Of a stretch of DNA of 64,000 bases, positions 24,996 to 37,498 are shown piece after piece (within the stretch, counting starts at the first letter, position 1; every line of letters starts with the position of its first letter). The stretch covers positions 33,242,304 to 33,306,303 of the forward strand of contig NC_092671.1 in the NCBI RefSeq assembly GCF_964355755.1, read 5' to 3'. A program made the position numbers and the translations under genes. Under the pieces are notes generated by a model. It saw nothing but the letters and a program-made list of their open reading frames with translations, was not told the origin of the DNA and searched no databases. This DNA comes from Antedon mediterranea. Lineage: Eukaryota > Animalia > Echinodermata.

Positions 24996-26830
24996 ATGGA
25001 TTGTTCTCGTATGCCCATAAGAATTCTGGACGTTGTGGTAGATGAGTTTATCAATTACGAAGTCTGTACACAATTTCTGAAAGAGGGAGTGCCAGATTCA
25101 ACCTTCTGGTACTTACTTACAAAAACAGTTGAACATCAGAGGATGATAATTGAAAGTTTACCCAACTCCTCTTCCCAGTCGACCGGCCTTAGAGCAAGTG
25201 CGATTCAAGCCATTCTGAATCAGAATCGTTCCTTCATTGCTAAATATTTGGGGAGAGAAGATACTGAATTACCCCATGTTAATGTTTTGGACTCTTCAGT
25301 GAATCCTGGATGATCACGACAATCTTAGTAGTAGAGTATCCTTTTGATTCCGATGAATGATTCATAAATTAAGGAAGCGATTCAGGCCATCCTGAATCTG
25401 AATCCTAAAGTTGTTGCTGTCGAAGAGGAAGAATATTCTGATTTACCCGATGTTGATGTTTTTGGAACATCTTTTGAACTCTTCAATTAACCTGGATGAT
25501 CACGAAAATTACGATGCTTCCATTGATACTGACAAAGTCATCATTGAACCCTTGGAGACAGCATTTGCAGATGTATGGAAGCTGTTGATGATTTGGATAA
25601 CATTCTTCAAGTTGGTGGAAACAACAAGAAAATAAAACGAATGAATGATGAAGAATAAGTTGAAGTTCTTTCTTTCTCTAATGATGAGCAAGAAGAAGAA
25701 GAAGCAGAATAGGTACCTATTAACGGGTTGTGTAATATTGTCCGATTGATCGATCGCTTATAATCACCGGTTTAATGCTGTTATAAACGATTACAGTATT
25801 AGTTTTCGAAATTTGAATAACGTTCGTATTATAGAAATTCTTCCTACATTTTATCGAATTTTTGATCATATTATCTAATTTTTGTGAAGATGTAGGCGAT
25901 AATGATTATTTAAGAATAGTTATCCAAGCCGAAGGTTTAGACTTACCAATATCAATTCCGTTTAGTCGTAGGGAACATCTTACAGCCGATGTAATTTTCA
26001 ATGCAATTTTAAAAGTTTTGCAATCCAAATCAGATGGTTTTGTAAATGGAAAGTTAAAATTCAATGTAATACGTATGAGGATGTCCATAGGAGGTACCTT
26101 TGTTTGAAAGGGTATCGATAAAGAATTTAATAAGTCACGTTGCATAATTAGAATTATTAGTAATAATGACGATGAGAACATGTGCTGTTCTAAGGCTATT
26201 GTTACAGGTATTTCCTCTATCGAAGACCATGTCAATAATAAGTCCTGATGGGATAACATTAGACGCGGTCGTGACCAACAGCTTAGTTTAGTTTGTTTGT
26301 TAACAAAAGCCGGTGTTAATGCGGGTATTTGTGGTATCGAGGAATTGAAAAAAATTCAAGCTGTTCTACCAAACTATCAAATTTAATAGTAATCTCAAAG
26401 GATATAACGTAAACAAAGCTCATACTTGTAAATATACGTGTAAACTCTGTAAATTTAATGAATGCTTAGGCCTACCGGCAAAGGAAACGGAGGTTTCTGT
26501 TGATTGCAGTGATTGCAATAGAACTTTAAAAACGCGAGTTGTTTTGATTACCATATTAAAGGCGAAACATCAACTTGTAAGAAAATTAAAACTTGTAAGA
26601 CCTGTAATCGGGTGATAAGAAAAAATCACAAATGCGAACAATATTTTTGCCGAGTTTGCAATGTGTTTGCATCTTACGATCGTAAATGTTGCATGCAAAA
26701 AATCGTTGAAAAAAAAAACTAACGATAAAAAATTAAAAAACGAAATCAAATGAAAAATTCAGTAGCCAAGTATTTCTTTTTTGACTTTGAATGCACACCG
26801 GAAACTGGTGAACACAAGCCTTATCTCCCC
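24996..26830 (+). pseudogene. Decayed Polinton/Maverick (adintovirus-like) protein-primed DNA polymerase B, N-terminal part
   Basis: Frameshifted blocks: LRIVIQAEGLDLPISIPF...AILKVLQS, CIIRIISNNDDENMCCSKAIVTG, WDNIRRGR, CGIEELKKIQAVLPNYQI, Cys-rich CKLC/CSDCNR/CKTC/HKCEQYFCRVC, then KYFFFDFECTPETGEHKP (ExoI motif, 26768-26821). Truncated after this point. Confidence 0.8.
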
Positions 26831-27530
26831 TATAAATTAGCTCTTTTATGACTTTTTATTTCACTACATTTTCAAATTTGCACTGTACATACCTTTGACA
26901 ATTCAAGTGTTGTTTATTTATATATGTTTTGCTTTTCTGGGCTCCTGTTTTCTTCTATGTGAGTGCTATTGTTGTTGTCTTGGTATAGTTTTTAATTTTA
27001 TTTAGTAATTTCTTCAAATTGAGTAGTACTGTCATGTAAAAGGTTTTAATAGTTTTATTTTTCTCCTTTTCTCTCTTATATATTTTTGTAAATTACTAGT
27101 TATTTTCTTTATAGTAATTTTCTTTTATGCGAAATTAAAAATAAATTTAAACACTATAGGCCTACTTGTTTATAATATATATACTATATACTTGTCTTAC
27201 TTAATGTTAACAGAGACGATGACGAAGACAACAACAACAAAAGACATGCGTAGTGGTGTCAGACTTGTTATTAAATCGCATCCAATATAAATATTGTTTT
27301 ATTTATCCGATGTCACCAAACAATTCCTTCCAGCAAGGCTACAAAAACGTCTACTAGACGGTCGATCAATTATCATGTTTTCTAATTCTAAATCCGTATC
27401 ACACTGCATCGCAACACTTTACTTGCGCACACTGAAATTCCTGTCACGTGTATGTTTTGATCTATCATAATTTGTTTCAACGCACTATCCAACGTCTCCG
27501 AAGTAATATCTTTACACAAGGCAATCAAAT

Positions 27531-28009
27531 CATATATATATATATATATATAAACACAACAGGCAAAGAACATTAATTCTAAACCGCCGGTGATATACTG
27601 AAATTTAATTAATTAATTGAAACGATAAAGATGAGGAAATCTGTGAGAATGAGAAAAAGTCGCCCCAACCGAGACTCGAACTCGGACCGTCTGCTTAGAC
27701 CACTGGGGCTTTCATGGTACAGGTATTGTTCAAACTCGATTGGATAGCGACTCTTTAACATTCTCGGCGTGGTACGGCGGAACAGCACTATTCCTCAGTT
27801 GTACCATGGAGGTATACCTCCATGGTTGTACACACGTGCAACAGAGATCAAATTGATACGCCCTCATCTTACAGTATTTTTATTCACGAGGCGGGATCTC
27901 CGAAGAGATACTTATATATATATATAAACACAGTAGGCAAAGAACATTAATTCTAAACCGCCAGGTGATATACTGAAATTTAATTAATTAATGTTCTTTG
28001 CCTACTGTG
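27531..28009 (-). mobile_element. tRNA-containing non-autonomous element with partial tandem direct repeats and an inverted tail
   Basis: ~85-bp direct repeats (27531-27618, 27912-27992) beginning in (TA)n. The minus strand carries A-box/B-box-like gccccagtggtctaag...gagttcgagtctc followed by TTTTT. 27988-28009 is the reverse complement of 27929-27950. Confidence 0.6.
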
Positions 28010-28719
28010 CTGCCTACAGGGCGAGTATCATACCACTAGACAACAGAGCCATATATGATATTACCACAGATTTTCACCCACCATACATTCTCTCATACAA
28101 CAAACGCCCTCACAATCAGTGGAGGCTTAACAAGTCAGAATAAATTCCAACTTTAATTCGCAACAGTTTTTAAAATAAAATTGTGTTGCGTAGCACTGTG
28201 TAAATTATTTTAAAATAAAGTTCTAGAGTTCGGCTTTTAAATGTCTTATTGTGAGGAGATCGTGTATCATTTTCTAATCTAGTAGGCCGCTCATTGCTTG
28301 TAAGTTGTTATTATTACATTATATTACAATAATTAGAATTATGTGAACCACAGTAGTGGCCAAGATTATTAATGCTACTGTAAACTACACTGTGGTTGTA
28401 GGCCTGTGTGTCTGCGTAGGAGATAATGTTACATCATCGATTGAAGAGGGCGCTGTTGATTATTTGATATTTTATTTACTGTGTCCTTTAGGCATGTACA
28501 CCTCCGTAAGAGGGCGCTACGTTTGATCTGTTTTGCAGATAGTTTTCTTGTCCGTTCCTTAATTTAGTTGAGAATGCCTTTTCTATTTTTAGTATTTGAA
28601 GCTGGATTTACCTATGCTTAATTTCAGTTCACCCTGTTCTTAGCTGAATCTGTATTAAAAGAGTCCGTCAACAAGTGATAGTGTTGCAGTATTTTGTTTT
28701 TGTGGATTGCGTTTATGTA

Positions 28720-30110
28720 CTGCGCATATAGGCCTATGGCAATATTATCGCATAATTATTGAATTTTAATAGATATTTTGGGCCATTTTTTCGAGAAAAA
28801 AATCCCTGTACTATTATAGTACAGGGAATTTTTTAAAGAAATGGCTGCATTTCGACACTTTTATTTTTTGCCATAACTAGTTACTATGGCTCTATAATAT
28901 GTTTATAACACAATGTATGCGCATATATGGCAATATTATCCCATAATTATTGAATTTTAAAAAGTAAATATTTTGGCAATTTTAGGGGAAAATACCAGTA
29001 CTATAGTATAGGGAAATTTTCTAAAAATGGTCAAATTCGACTCTTTCATTTTTTGCCATAACTAGTTACCGTACTATGGCTCAATAATATGTTTATAACA
29101 CAATATATGCGCATATATGGCAATATTGTCGCATAATTATTGAATTTTAACAAGGCCATATACATGGCTACAGTCGCGTGCTCAAATTTGAGTTAGTGTT
29201 TACCGACCGACCAACCATCTGACCAACCGACCGACATAGTGAGGTGTAGAGTAGAGTAAAAATACTACAGTGGATGCTGCAATTTGCTTTAAAGGAGAAG
29301 GTGTTAGATGAAAAAGGAAGAGGTGGAAACAAGGGCTGGAAAGAGAAAACCCTACATGGAGATTCTTGATGATATTATTAAAGAAAGGTTGTAAAACAAA
29401 AATCGGGCAAAAAGAGTGCACATTAAGGTTTAAGCGCGTGCACAAATCTGTGACTCATGGCAATTTTTTAAACGCTTAAAATTGCCTGAAACGTATTCTA
29501 ATTAATTCATCGAAAATAAAATTTGACAATTTTAATCGCGCGTACGCATGCGTTATATGCGCTACGCACGTAATTGTATTACCATATGATGAATTATGAC
29601 TTGAAAATTTACCAAATTTTATTTAATTGTGATTCATGCTTGTGAAGATATGATTACAAACGTGATTTCGTAAAATCGTGCGTAGACCGCGTAATTTTTG
29701 ATTGCGCACCATGATAACATAACCACATCGATTCCTGACAATAAGGAATATACTCTGACAAATTGACTTAGCTAGATGAAACTGATATCAAGACAAGGCC
29801 ATATACACGTTAGTGTTTACCTACCGACCGACCAACCCACCCACATAGTGAGCTGTTGAGTAAGGAATGATATTTTGACCATTTTTCGAAAAATGTCGAC
29901 CCTTTTATTTTTTTACATAACTAGTTACTAAGGGTATATAAGATGATGTTAACACAATGTGCATATTTAGCAATATTATTGCATAATTATTGAATTTTAA
30001 AACATGGAAATTTTTGCCATTTTTCCAGAAAAAAAATCCTTGTAGGCCCCAAATTTTCCAAAAATTGACAAATTGTGACATTTTTATTTTTGGACATACC
30101 TAGTTACTAT
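28720..30110. repeat. ~190-bp tandem repeat array interrupted by a HINE-like insertion
   Basis: Recurrent gcgcatatatggcaatattat(c/t)gcataattattgaattttaa and ttttgccataactagttact; internal hairpin ccctgtactattatagtacaggg. Confidence 0.75.
29148..29860 (-). mobile_element. DINE-1/HINE-like element, second copy
   Basis: aacaaggccatatacatggctacagtcgcgtg end, (CCGA)n microsatellite, core 29400-29790 homologous to 10707-11080. Confidence 0.7.
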
Positions 30111-30129
30111 CAATTGCTATTGCTAAGTT

Positions 30130-31580
30130 ATTAGAAAGTTCGACAGGTGTAATAAGTGCGACAGCAATTTTTTTTAAATGCGACAAGCTATCACGAAGTG
30201 CGACAAGCTATTACAAAGTGCGACAGGTTATTACAAAGTGCGACAGGTTATTAAAAAGTGCGACAAGCTATTGCAAAGTGCGACAGGTTATTACAAAGTG
30301 CGACAAGCTATTACAAAATGCAACAGGTTATTACAAAGTGCGACAAGCTATTAAAAAAGTGCGACAGGTTATTACAAAGTGCGACAAGCTATTACAAAGT
30401 GCGACAGGTTATTACAAAGTGCGACAAGCCATTACAAAGTGCGACAAGCTATTACAAAGTGCGACAAGTTATTACTAAGTGCGACAAGCTATTAAAAAGT
30501 GCGACAGGTTATTACAAAGTGCGACAAGCTATTACAAAGTGCGACAAGCTATTACAAAGTGCGAAAGGTTATTACAAAGTGCGACAGGGTATTACAAAGT
30601 GCGACAGGGTATTACAAAGTGCGACAGGTTATTACAAAGTGCGACAAGCTATTACAAAGTGCGAAAGGTTATTACAAAGTGCGACAGGTTATTACAAAGT
30701 GCGACAAGCTATTACAAAGTGCGACAAGCTATTACAAAGTGCGACAGGTTATTACAAAGTGCGACAAGCTATTAAAAAGTGCGACAAGCTATTACAAAGT
30801 GCGACAGGTTATTACAAAGTGCGACAAGCTATTACAAAGTGCGACAGGTTATTAAAAAGTGCGACAAGCTATTACAAAGTGCGACAAGCTATTACAAAGT
30901 GCGACAGGTTATTACAAAGTGCGACAAGCTATTACAAAGTGCGACAGGTTATTACAAAGTGCGACAAGCTATTACAAAGTGCGACAGGTTATTACAAAGT
31001 GCGACAAGCTATTACAAAGTGCGACAGGTTATTACAAACTGCGACAGGTTTTTACACAAAGTGCGACAGGTTAGTACAAAGTGCGACAGGTTATTACAAA
31101 GTGCGACAAGCTATTACAAAGTGCGACAGGTTATTACAAACTGCGACAGGTTTTTACACAAAGTGCGACAGGTTAGTACAAAGTGCGACAGGTTATTACA
31201 AAGTGCGACAAGCTATTACAAAGTGCGACAGGTTATTACAAAGTGTGACAAGCTATTACAAAGTGCGACAAGCTATTAAAAAGTGCGACAGGCTATTACA
31301 AAGTGCAAAAAGCTATTACAAAGTGCGACAGGCTATTACAAAATGCGACAAGCTATTACAAAGTGCGACATTTGTGTTACGAAGTTCGACAGGTGTTAGA
31401 AAGTGCGACACCAATTTAAAAAAAATTCCACAAGTTATTACAAAATCCGATACACTTCTGTTACGATGTTCGATAGCTGGTGTTACAAAGTGCTACAGCA
31501 ATTACTCCAAAGTTATAAGGAAGTGTTATAAAGTGCGACAATAATTACGATAAAGTAAGTTATTACAAAGTGCGACACTT
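30130..31580. repeat. 20-bp minisatellite AAGTGCGACA(AGC/GGT)TATTACA, roughly 60 well-conserved copies with degenerate edges
   Basis: Direct inspection; it generates the spurious three-frame ORFs at 30218-31544. Confidence 0.97.
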
Positions 31581-34500
31581 TTGATACGAATTTGATACTC
31601 AATACATTGAAGCATCCCTTTATATACAAGCAGTTTATTTGAGAGTGTTATAAAGCAAAATAAACAGACTATAAGAATAAAACGGTGAACGACCAAGTGA
31701 CTTCAAAATAGATTTATTAAACAAGTTTTACGTATGGTAAACTTGACCTCACAATTTGTAGCCAAGGAGTCCGGTGGACAATACAGCGATGGAAAGTAGT
31801 TAAAGAGGTTAACAGAGCAGTAAACAACACTATACAACAGCAGACGCACCTTGGCCACACGCTAAAACATTTACACATTTAAAGATGCGTAATATATGTC
31901 AACTATTCATAGGGATTACACTTCAGCTGGCAGAGGAGACATTCCAGCTAAGTTTTTTTCCAGTATTACAACATCAATAGGCAAGGCTCACAATGCAATA
32001 AAATCATCAACCATGTTACTTAATAACATACATGGCCAATCTCTTATTTTCTAAACTGTACAACTGTATATTTTATCCCGTATCATATTAGAATTCGAAA
32101 TACTGAATAAATATTTCAGAATGAATACCATGAAACATTAATACACACTATAGCGCCCCCATTTGGTGATAACATGAACACACATTATATCTCCCCCTCC
32201 CCCCGCCCCCTTCCCCCTTTCGATGATAACATTCAGACACATTATAGCGCCCCCTTTTGGTGATAACATTCATACACATTATAGCGCCCCCCCTTTTTAG
32301 TATTCATTATATACATGGTCAATACTTATACTGTACAGTAGTCGCTGCAGAAATGTTCACCTTTTTGCAGTATGCAGTTATTTTAAGTACAATTGTCTTA
32401 TTTTATGGAAATTTTTTAACAATTGCATCATTTTATAATTTAACAAACTTTAAGCTACTTTCTATCTGTAGAAAATTAATCAAATTATTGTTGTTAATTA
32501 TATAACATTGTACGATAATGTAGCCCATGAGACATTAGGTAGGGGTGTACCAACACTTAACAAACAAAAATTGTAAAAATGGCGCCATTAAGAAAAAAAC
32601 ATCCTACATAAATGATACAAGACTAAAACAGTTTCAGTATAGAGTAGATTGAGAATTTAGAAAAAAAAAGGTGTCTATATGATAAATATGAGACTGCTGA
32701 CTGTTAAAGTTACGGTCAGATTTATAGCAGTACTTGACCAATCTCTTTTGTTTTGCATTATTGTTTGTTGGTCAAAGAAACAAATGAAAATATACATACA
32801 TTTTCCCATGAAATGAAGGGGGAAAATACGTGTTTTAACACCAAGACCTACTCCTATTTCGGACTTTCTACTGTATCTAGGCCTACATTATTTTTATGCG
32901 TGACCATGTGTCATCAACTTGTTTCTTACTGGTTACTGCCTCCTGAGGGTAAATACAATCAAGGTAAACACATTAGCTATTGATATAATATTAATAAACA
33001 TAGCAATTTGAACCAGTTTTGTTGATTTATGGTGGCGATACCCATATTTTATGATAATTAAGCTAGAATAACAGATTTTATTGAATCAAGACAACTTCTC
33101 TTAAACACACCTACTAAAAAAGGGTTATCTTGTACAGATAAATTCAATTAAAGATGTCTGAAAACATAATGCTAATACGCAATGGCTAGGATCTGTTGCT
33201 GTATCAAAGCTTCTGGCTACTAAAGGTAGGATATTTGCAAAAATCACTTTCACACTGCCTAACAGAACTGCAGAGTTTACACATCATACACAAAGTTGGT
33301 GTTGATGGCACAGTGCGACTCCGAGAGTTTTGCTAAGCTAATGTGAAAACGGTATAAGATAGTTTATCCTAAAAAACATCCCTCTAGGCAAATAGTGAGT
33401 AAAGCCGGGCTAACCATTGTCCTCAAGATGAGAGGAAGTCTAAAAAATGTCATGTCATGTAGGTCTACCATAGTTTTAACAGCCAGAAGCTTAAATGCAA
33501 TACAAAATCTATAGACACAATTAACAATTTTTTCTTTCTCCTAATTTTTACATACTCTTTGTTTGTATGCATGGACTTGCTAGACAGTAACATGTATGGT
33601 AATGGTCTATAAAATTACAACATGACAACAATTATGACAACAACTACAGTATCTGCAGTACTGTAGTACCAAACAAAATTATGGAAGAAATACAAATAAT
33701 ACGGCTACTAGCATTTTTATATTTACATGAAATCAAATTATGTTAATTTTATCAGAAAAAATTGTAGATTTAATTGAAAATCCAAAAGTATATAAATTAG
33801 TAAAAAGCCCATAATTAGTTGGTTTTTATCACTACAACAGCATATTATTTTCTAACAAATAATAAAATATAAATATACATATTTTAAGTAGATTTAATTG
33901 TTGAATTAAATTTATTTAAAATAATTATGTATTACACAATTTGAAGCACAGCCGAAAAAATAACTTCAAATAAAGATATATTTAAACTAAAAAGGAATAA
34001 ATGGAAGCTACAGTATAGTAAAACTTACTGAACGATTAAAAAAATTGTTATATTAAAGTAAATATAATAAAATATGATTCTTGGCACGAATATATTGTTT
34101 GCAAGGCTTTTATCAATATAGATGAGAGATAAATACATTCCAAGTCAACTCGCAACGCCGGTTTGCACTTTAGGGAAGAAACCCTTGCTTTTCCATCTGA
34201 ATGAAAGCATTTTACCATCCAGCTGCTTTTTAACTGGTCTGATTAGGCAAGGAAAGCACCTTAGCCCATCAACCACTATTCCCTCATAGACTTCTTTAGG
34301 TAGAAAATTGATGCTATTGTCTTAAAACAATAACATATAATAAAAACAAACAAATAAATGCATTACATATTTCAGCATAAAATTACACAGTATTAATAAT
34401 TGTTATTTCAGTTCAACATTGAATAAAGTTATTGAGAAATGACGAAGAATTTACAGATATATTTACAGTTTGCTACAATATATTTAAGTCCCCTAAGTAA

Positions 34501-35485
34501 CAGGTTACCAAAGATACTTTAAACACAAGATAGTACAACCCTTTGACAACGTTTCCAAAAAAATGAATATGACTTGTTTATCAACTAAATGTATAAAAAA
34601 AATGAATGTTTATGCATTGAATAGGGAGTATGCTTTCAAGATTGACTGTTCTATTGAACAAGGTAGAGTTGAGTCATTAGGAGACAGTTAGGCTGTCAAC
34701 AAATGAAAATATTCTCCCATTTAACTCATAAACATTTATTATTTGTTTTATAACACACCTACCCTTCTAGAGTAAAATTTTATTTAATTAATCTGGCGCT
34801 TCAAAAGGCCAGATGGCAGACTAGCCATTAAAAAACTCAGCACTAATTGTTGTGGTACGATAGGTGTATCTTGGTTATAGATATAGTATAGCAACTATCT
34901 GAAAATCGAAAGGATACCCTTATTAGGTGTGGTTTAAAAAAACAGGATATATACCGTGCTCGTAACTTTTCAACAGTGCTGAAGATTAACAACTTTTATT
35001 TTAAATAGTAACGCCATCATTGCACGTAGGCAACAACAGTAAGACTTAAAATGGAGCTGCTTACAATATAATTTCTTCCTATCAAGAAGGGTTTCTTGTG
35101 TTTATGTTATCTTTGGTTTAGTATAAGGAATCCTGCCAAACTACAGTACAATTTTCATAACTTTGTCCTAAGTATTAAGATTTTATCTACTTAGTACTGA
35201 CCCGTTACTACTTCAATAACATCCCTACCAAATATATCATACATATTTTACATATTTCCTCCTTTTATTATAACAAGCATGCGTTTCTACCGATTCCAGA
35301 TGTACTATCATATGTCAATGAGACAATTCATACTGTGAATTAATAAAAATATGTTTTACAGCCTTCTATTTTTTTTTTTAAACATAAACTTTTTTTATAG
35401 AAATTTTTAAACTAGTTTGCTTAAATTCATCATAAACAGGTAAGTATATTTAGTTTTCAGAGATAAAATCAATTAAAACATTTTT

Positions 35486-36546
35486 CAGGGCCGTAGCCAG
35501 GATCTGTCAAGGGGGGGTTCGGACACTAAATATTTGGGTCAAACCCCCCCCCCCCCCCTGGGGTGGGGCCTGATGCGAAGCGAATTTTGTTAAATGACAC
35601 CCCTAGATGGCCGGAAAAGACACTCTCGTGCAGCATGCTACCAATGAGCAAAAAGATCGTACTTTTTTCCTCCTTCTCAAACACGTTGATAATTTAAAGG
35701 ACGATAACTATTTTTTGCAGTATGTTAGATGCGCGTACTCTGTGCGGAACCGCCGATTGTTTGATCATTTACTCCGTATTTTGTTTTGCGTTCAAGTTCA
35801 ATGCGAACGTACATCTAGGAGCAGCCCCGAAAAAAGCACACTGGTTGACGGCAAATGCTATTTGCTAGCTCTATCTATAATATTTATTTACAGCAATTTG
35901 TTGAGGAATATAAATATTTAAATAGGTGATAGATATTGATACATTTTAGTACGTATCGGCTGGTGGTCTAGAAAAAAATAATCGGATGCCATAATGTGAA
36001 CTACAGTACTTGATACCATAGATATTATAGTGTAAAATATTAATATTCACTATAATCCTCTATGATACATTATACTTCATAGTCACACATAAATACTGAT
36101 GTACGTCGGAAGGCTATATACTTTATGCATGCTGCCTGACTGCCAGTGATCTAAACAATTATAGGTACGCAGTTGTCTGGCGGTGTCCTTTGTACGAATC
36201 GTTCGTGCCCCAGTTCGCTATGAGACGCGTCAATATCATGTTACATGCAGGGACCAAACATTTATTTTTCAGGTTAAAATCGGCAATTCATTTGCAGCTT
36301 TTAGAAATTTACAGACACGTATCGCTAGTTGACGCTCATACAGAGAAGAAGGTTCACGAACAAGTTTACGAATTTTTCAATTTACAAACAACTTTTTGTA
36401 CTGTGGGGCACGTATTTGGAGGATTTTTGGAGATGAGGGTGAGGTATTGGGCATGTCGGGGATGGGGGTTCGCAGTCGGTTAAGGGGGGTTCGCTGTAAA
36501 GGGGGGGTTCGCCCGAACCATAAAACCCCCCCTGGCTACGGGCCTG
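35486..36546. mobile_element. Non-autonomous DNA transposon, hAT5-like (CAGGGCCGTAGCCAGG TIR)
   Basis: TIRs CAGGGCCGTAGCCAGG / CCTGGCTACGGGCCTG; TTTTT on both flanks (5-bp TSD); G/C-run subterminal motifs (gggggggttcg). Confidence 0.8.
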
Positions 36547-37208
36547 TTTTTGTTATAAAACATTTTAAAAGATTGTTAAATGAAGCATTCCACTGTAACA
36601 CATTAATTCCACCAATCAAAGTTTCGCATTTTACACATAACCAATATTAAGGCTTAAAACAGTTACAGCACCCTCTGTTGGCAGACAGTTACTAAGAGGT
36701 AATGAATGGTATACATGAGGCCTATAACATCTAAATTGTTTAATCAATTCTTATATTCGCATACATTAATTAAAACAGATTTAGCAGTCTAATTTACAAC
36801 TAGTCACTGTTTTTACACTATAGGTCATGTTACTAAGACAAGTCATTAAAAAGTATATTTCTTAACCCGGTCTTTGTATGAACTTTGGCAGGAGCCAGAT
36901 GTTCTAGAGTTTGTGAATACATGATACAAAAGACCATAAATATTTCACGGGACTGATACTGAATGTGCAATACGATAATTACGCAAGTACATTATCCTCT
37001 GTATTTTAAGCACATAATATCGTGGTGTTGTAGAAAACATCTATCATAACTGTCTTCATGTGATTTAAAATCAACCAGTCATTTCCAAGTGCAATATTTT
37101 GCACCTCAATTGAATAAATTCATTATTTTTCTTGCAAACATACCATTTTACTTGTTTATCAAACTTTTTAAATGTTCATAAGGGTTATATTTTCCTTGAA
37201 AATAATCC

Positions 37209-37498
37209 TCAATTATCATTTTTTTCTTTTTCATGATTTTTATTTTTTGGAACCTCATTCAGGTCGAATACTTCAGCGTGTAGGGGTGGAAACTGCATCT
37301 CTGGGGTTTTAACTTTGAGTTCCATTAATCGACGCGTGTGCTCTGGACCGATCTGTCGGAGCATTGGAAGAGTTGTCACCAGTTGGCCAAACATGCTCTT
37401 ATCCTCAGGATGATTAATTAGCAGTTCGTACTGGAGAGACCGTAGTAAATTTCCCTGCAGTTTCTTGATTGGTTCAATCTCTTTTAGGAACGGACGAT
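37209..37498 (-). CDS. NR1 nuclear receptor, last coding exon (LBD H9-H12)
   Basis: Acceptor ttcttcaacag| (AG = 37500-37499), phase 1: DRPFLKEIEPIKKLQGNLLRSLQYELLINHPEDKSMFGQLVTTLPMLRQIGPEHTRRL...FPPLHAEVFDL...stop. Confidence 0.93.

Noticed and set aside
30218-31544. Long ORFs (up to 428 aa) with repeats such as VRQAITKCDRLLQSATGYYK
   Set aside because: They arise from a stop-free 20-bp minisatellite; all three frames give the same permuted peptide, with no splice or domain support.
30130-31580. CRISPR-like regular repeat
   Set aside because: There are no unique spacers or cas genes, and the context is eukaryotic.
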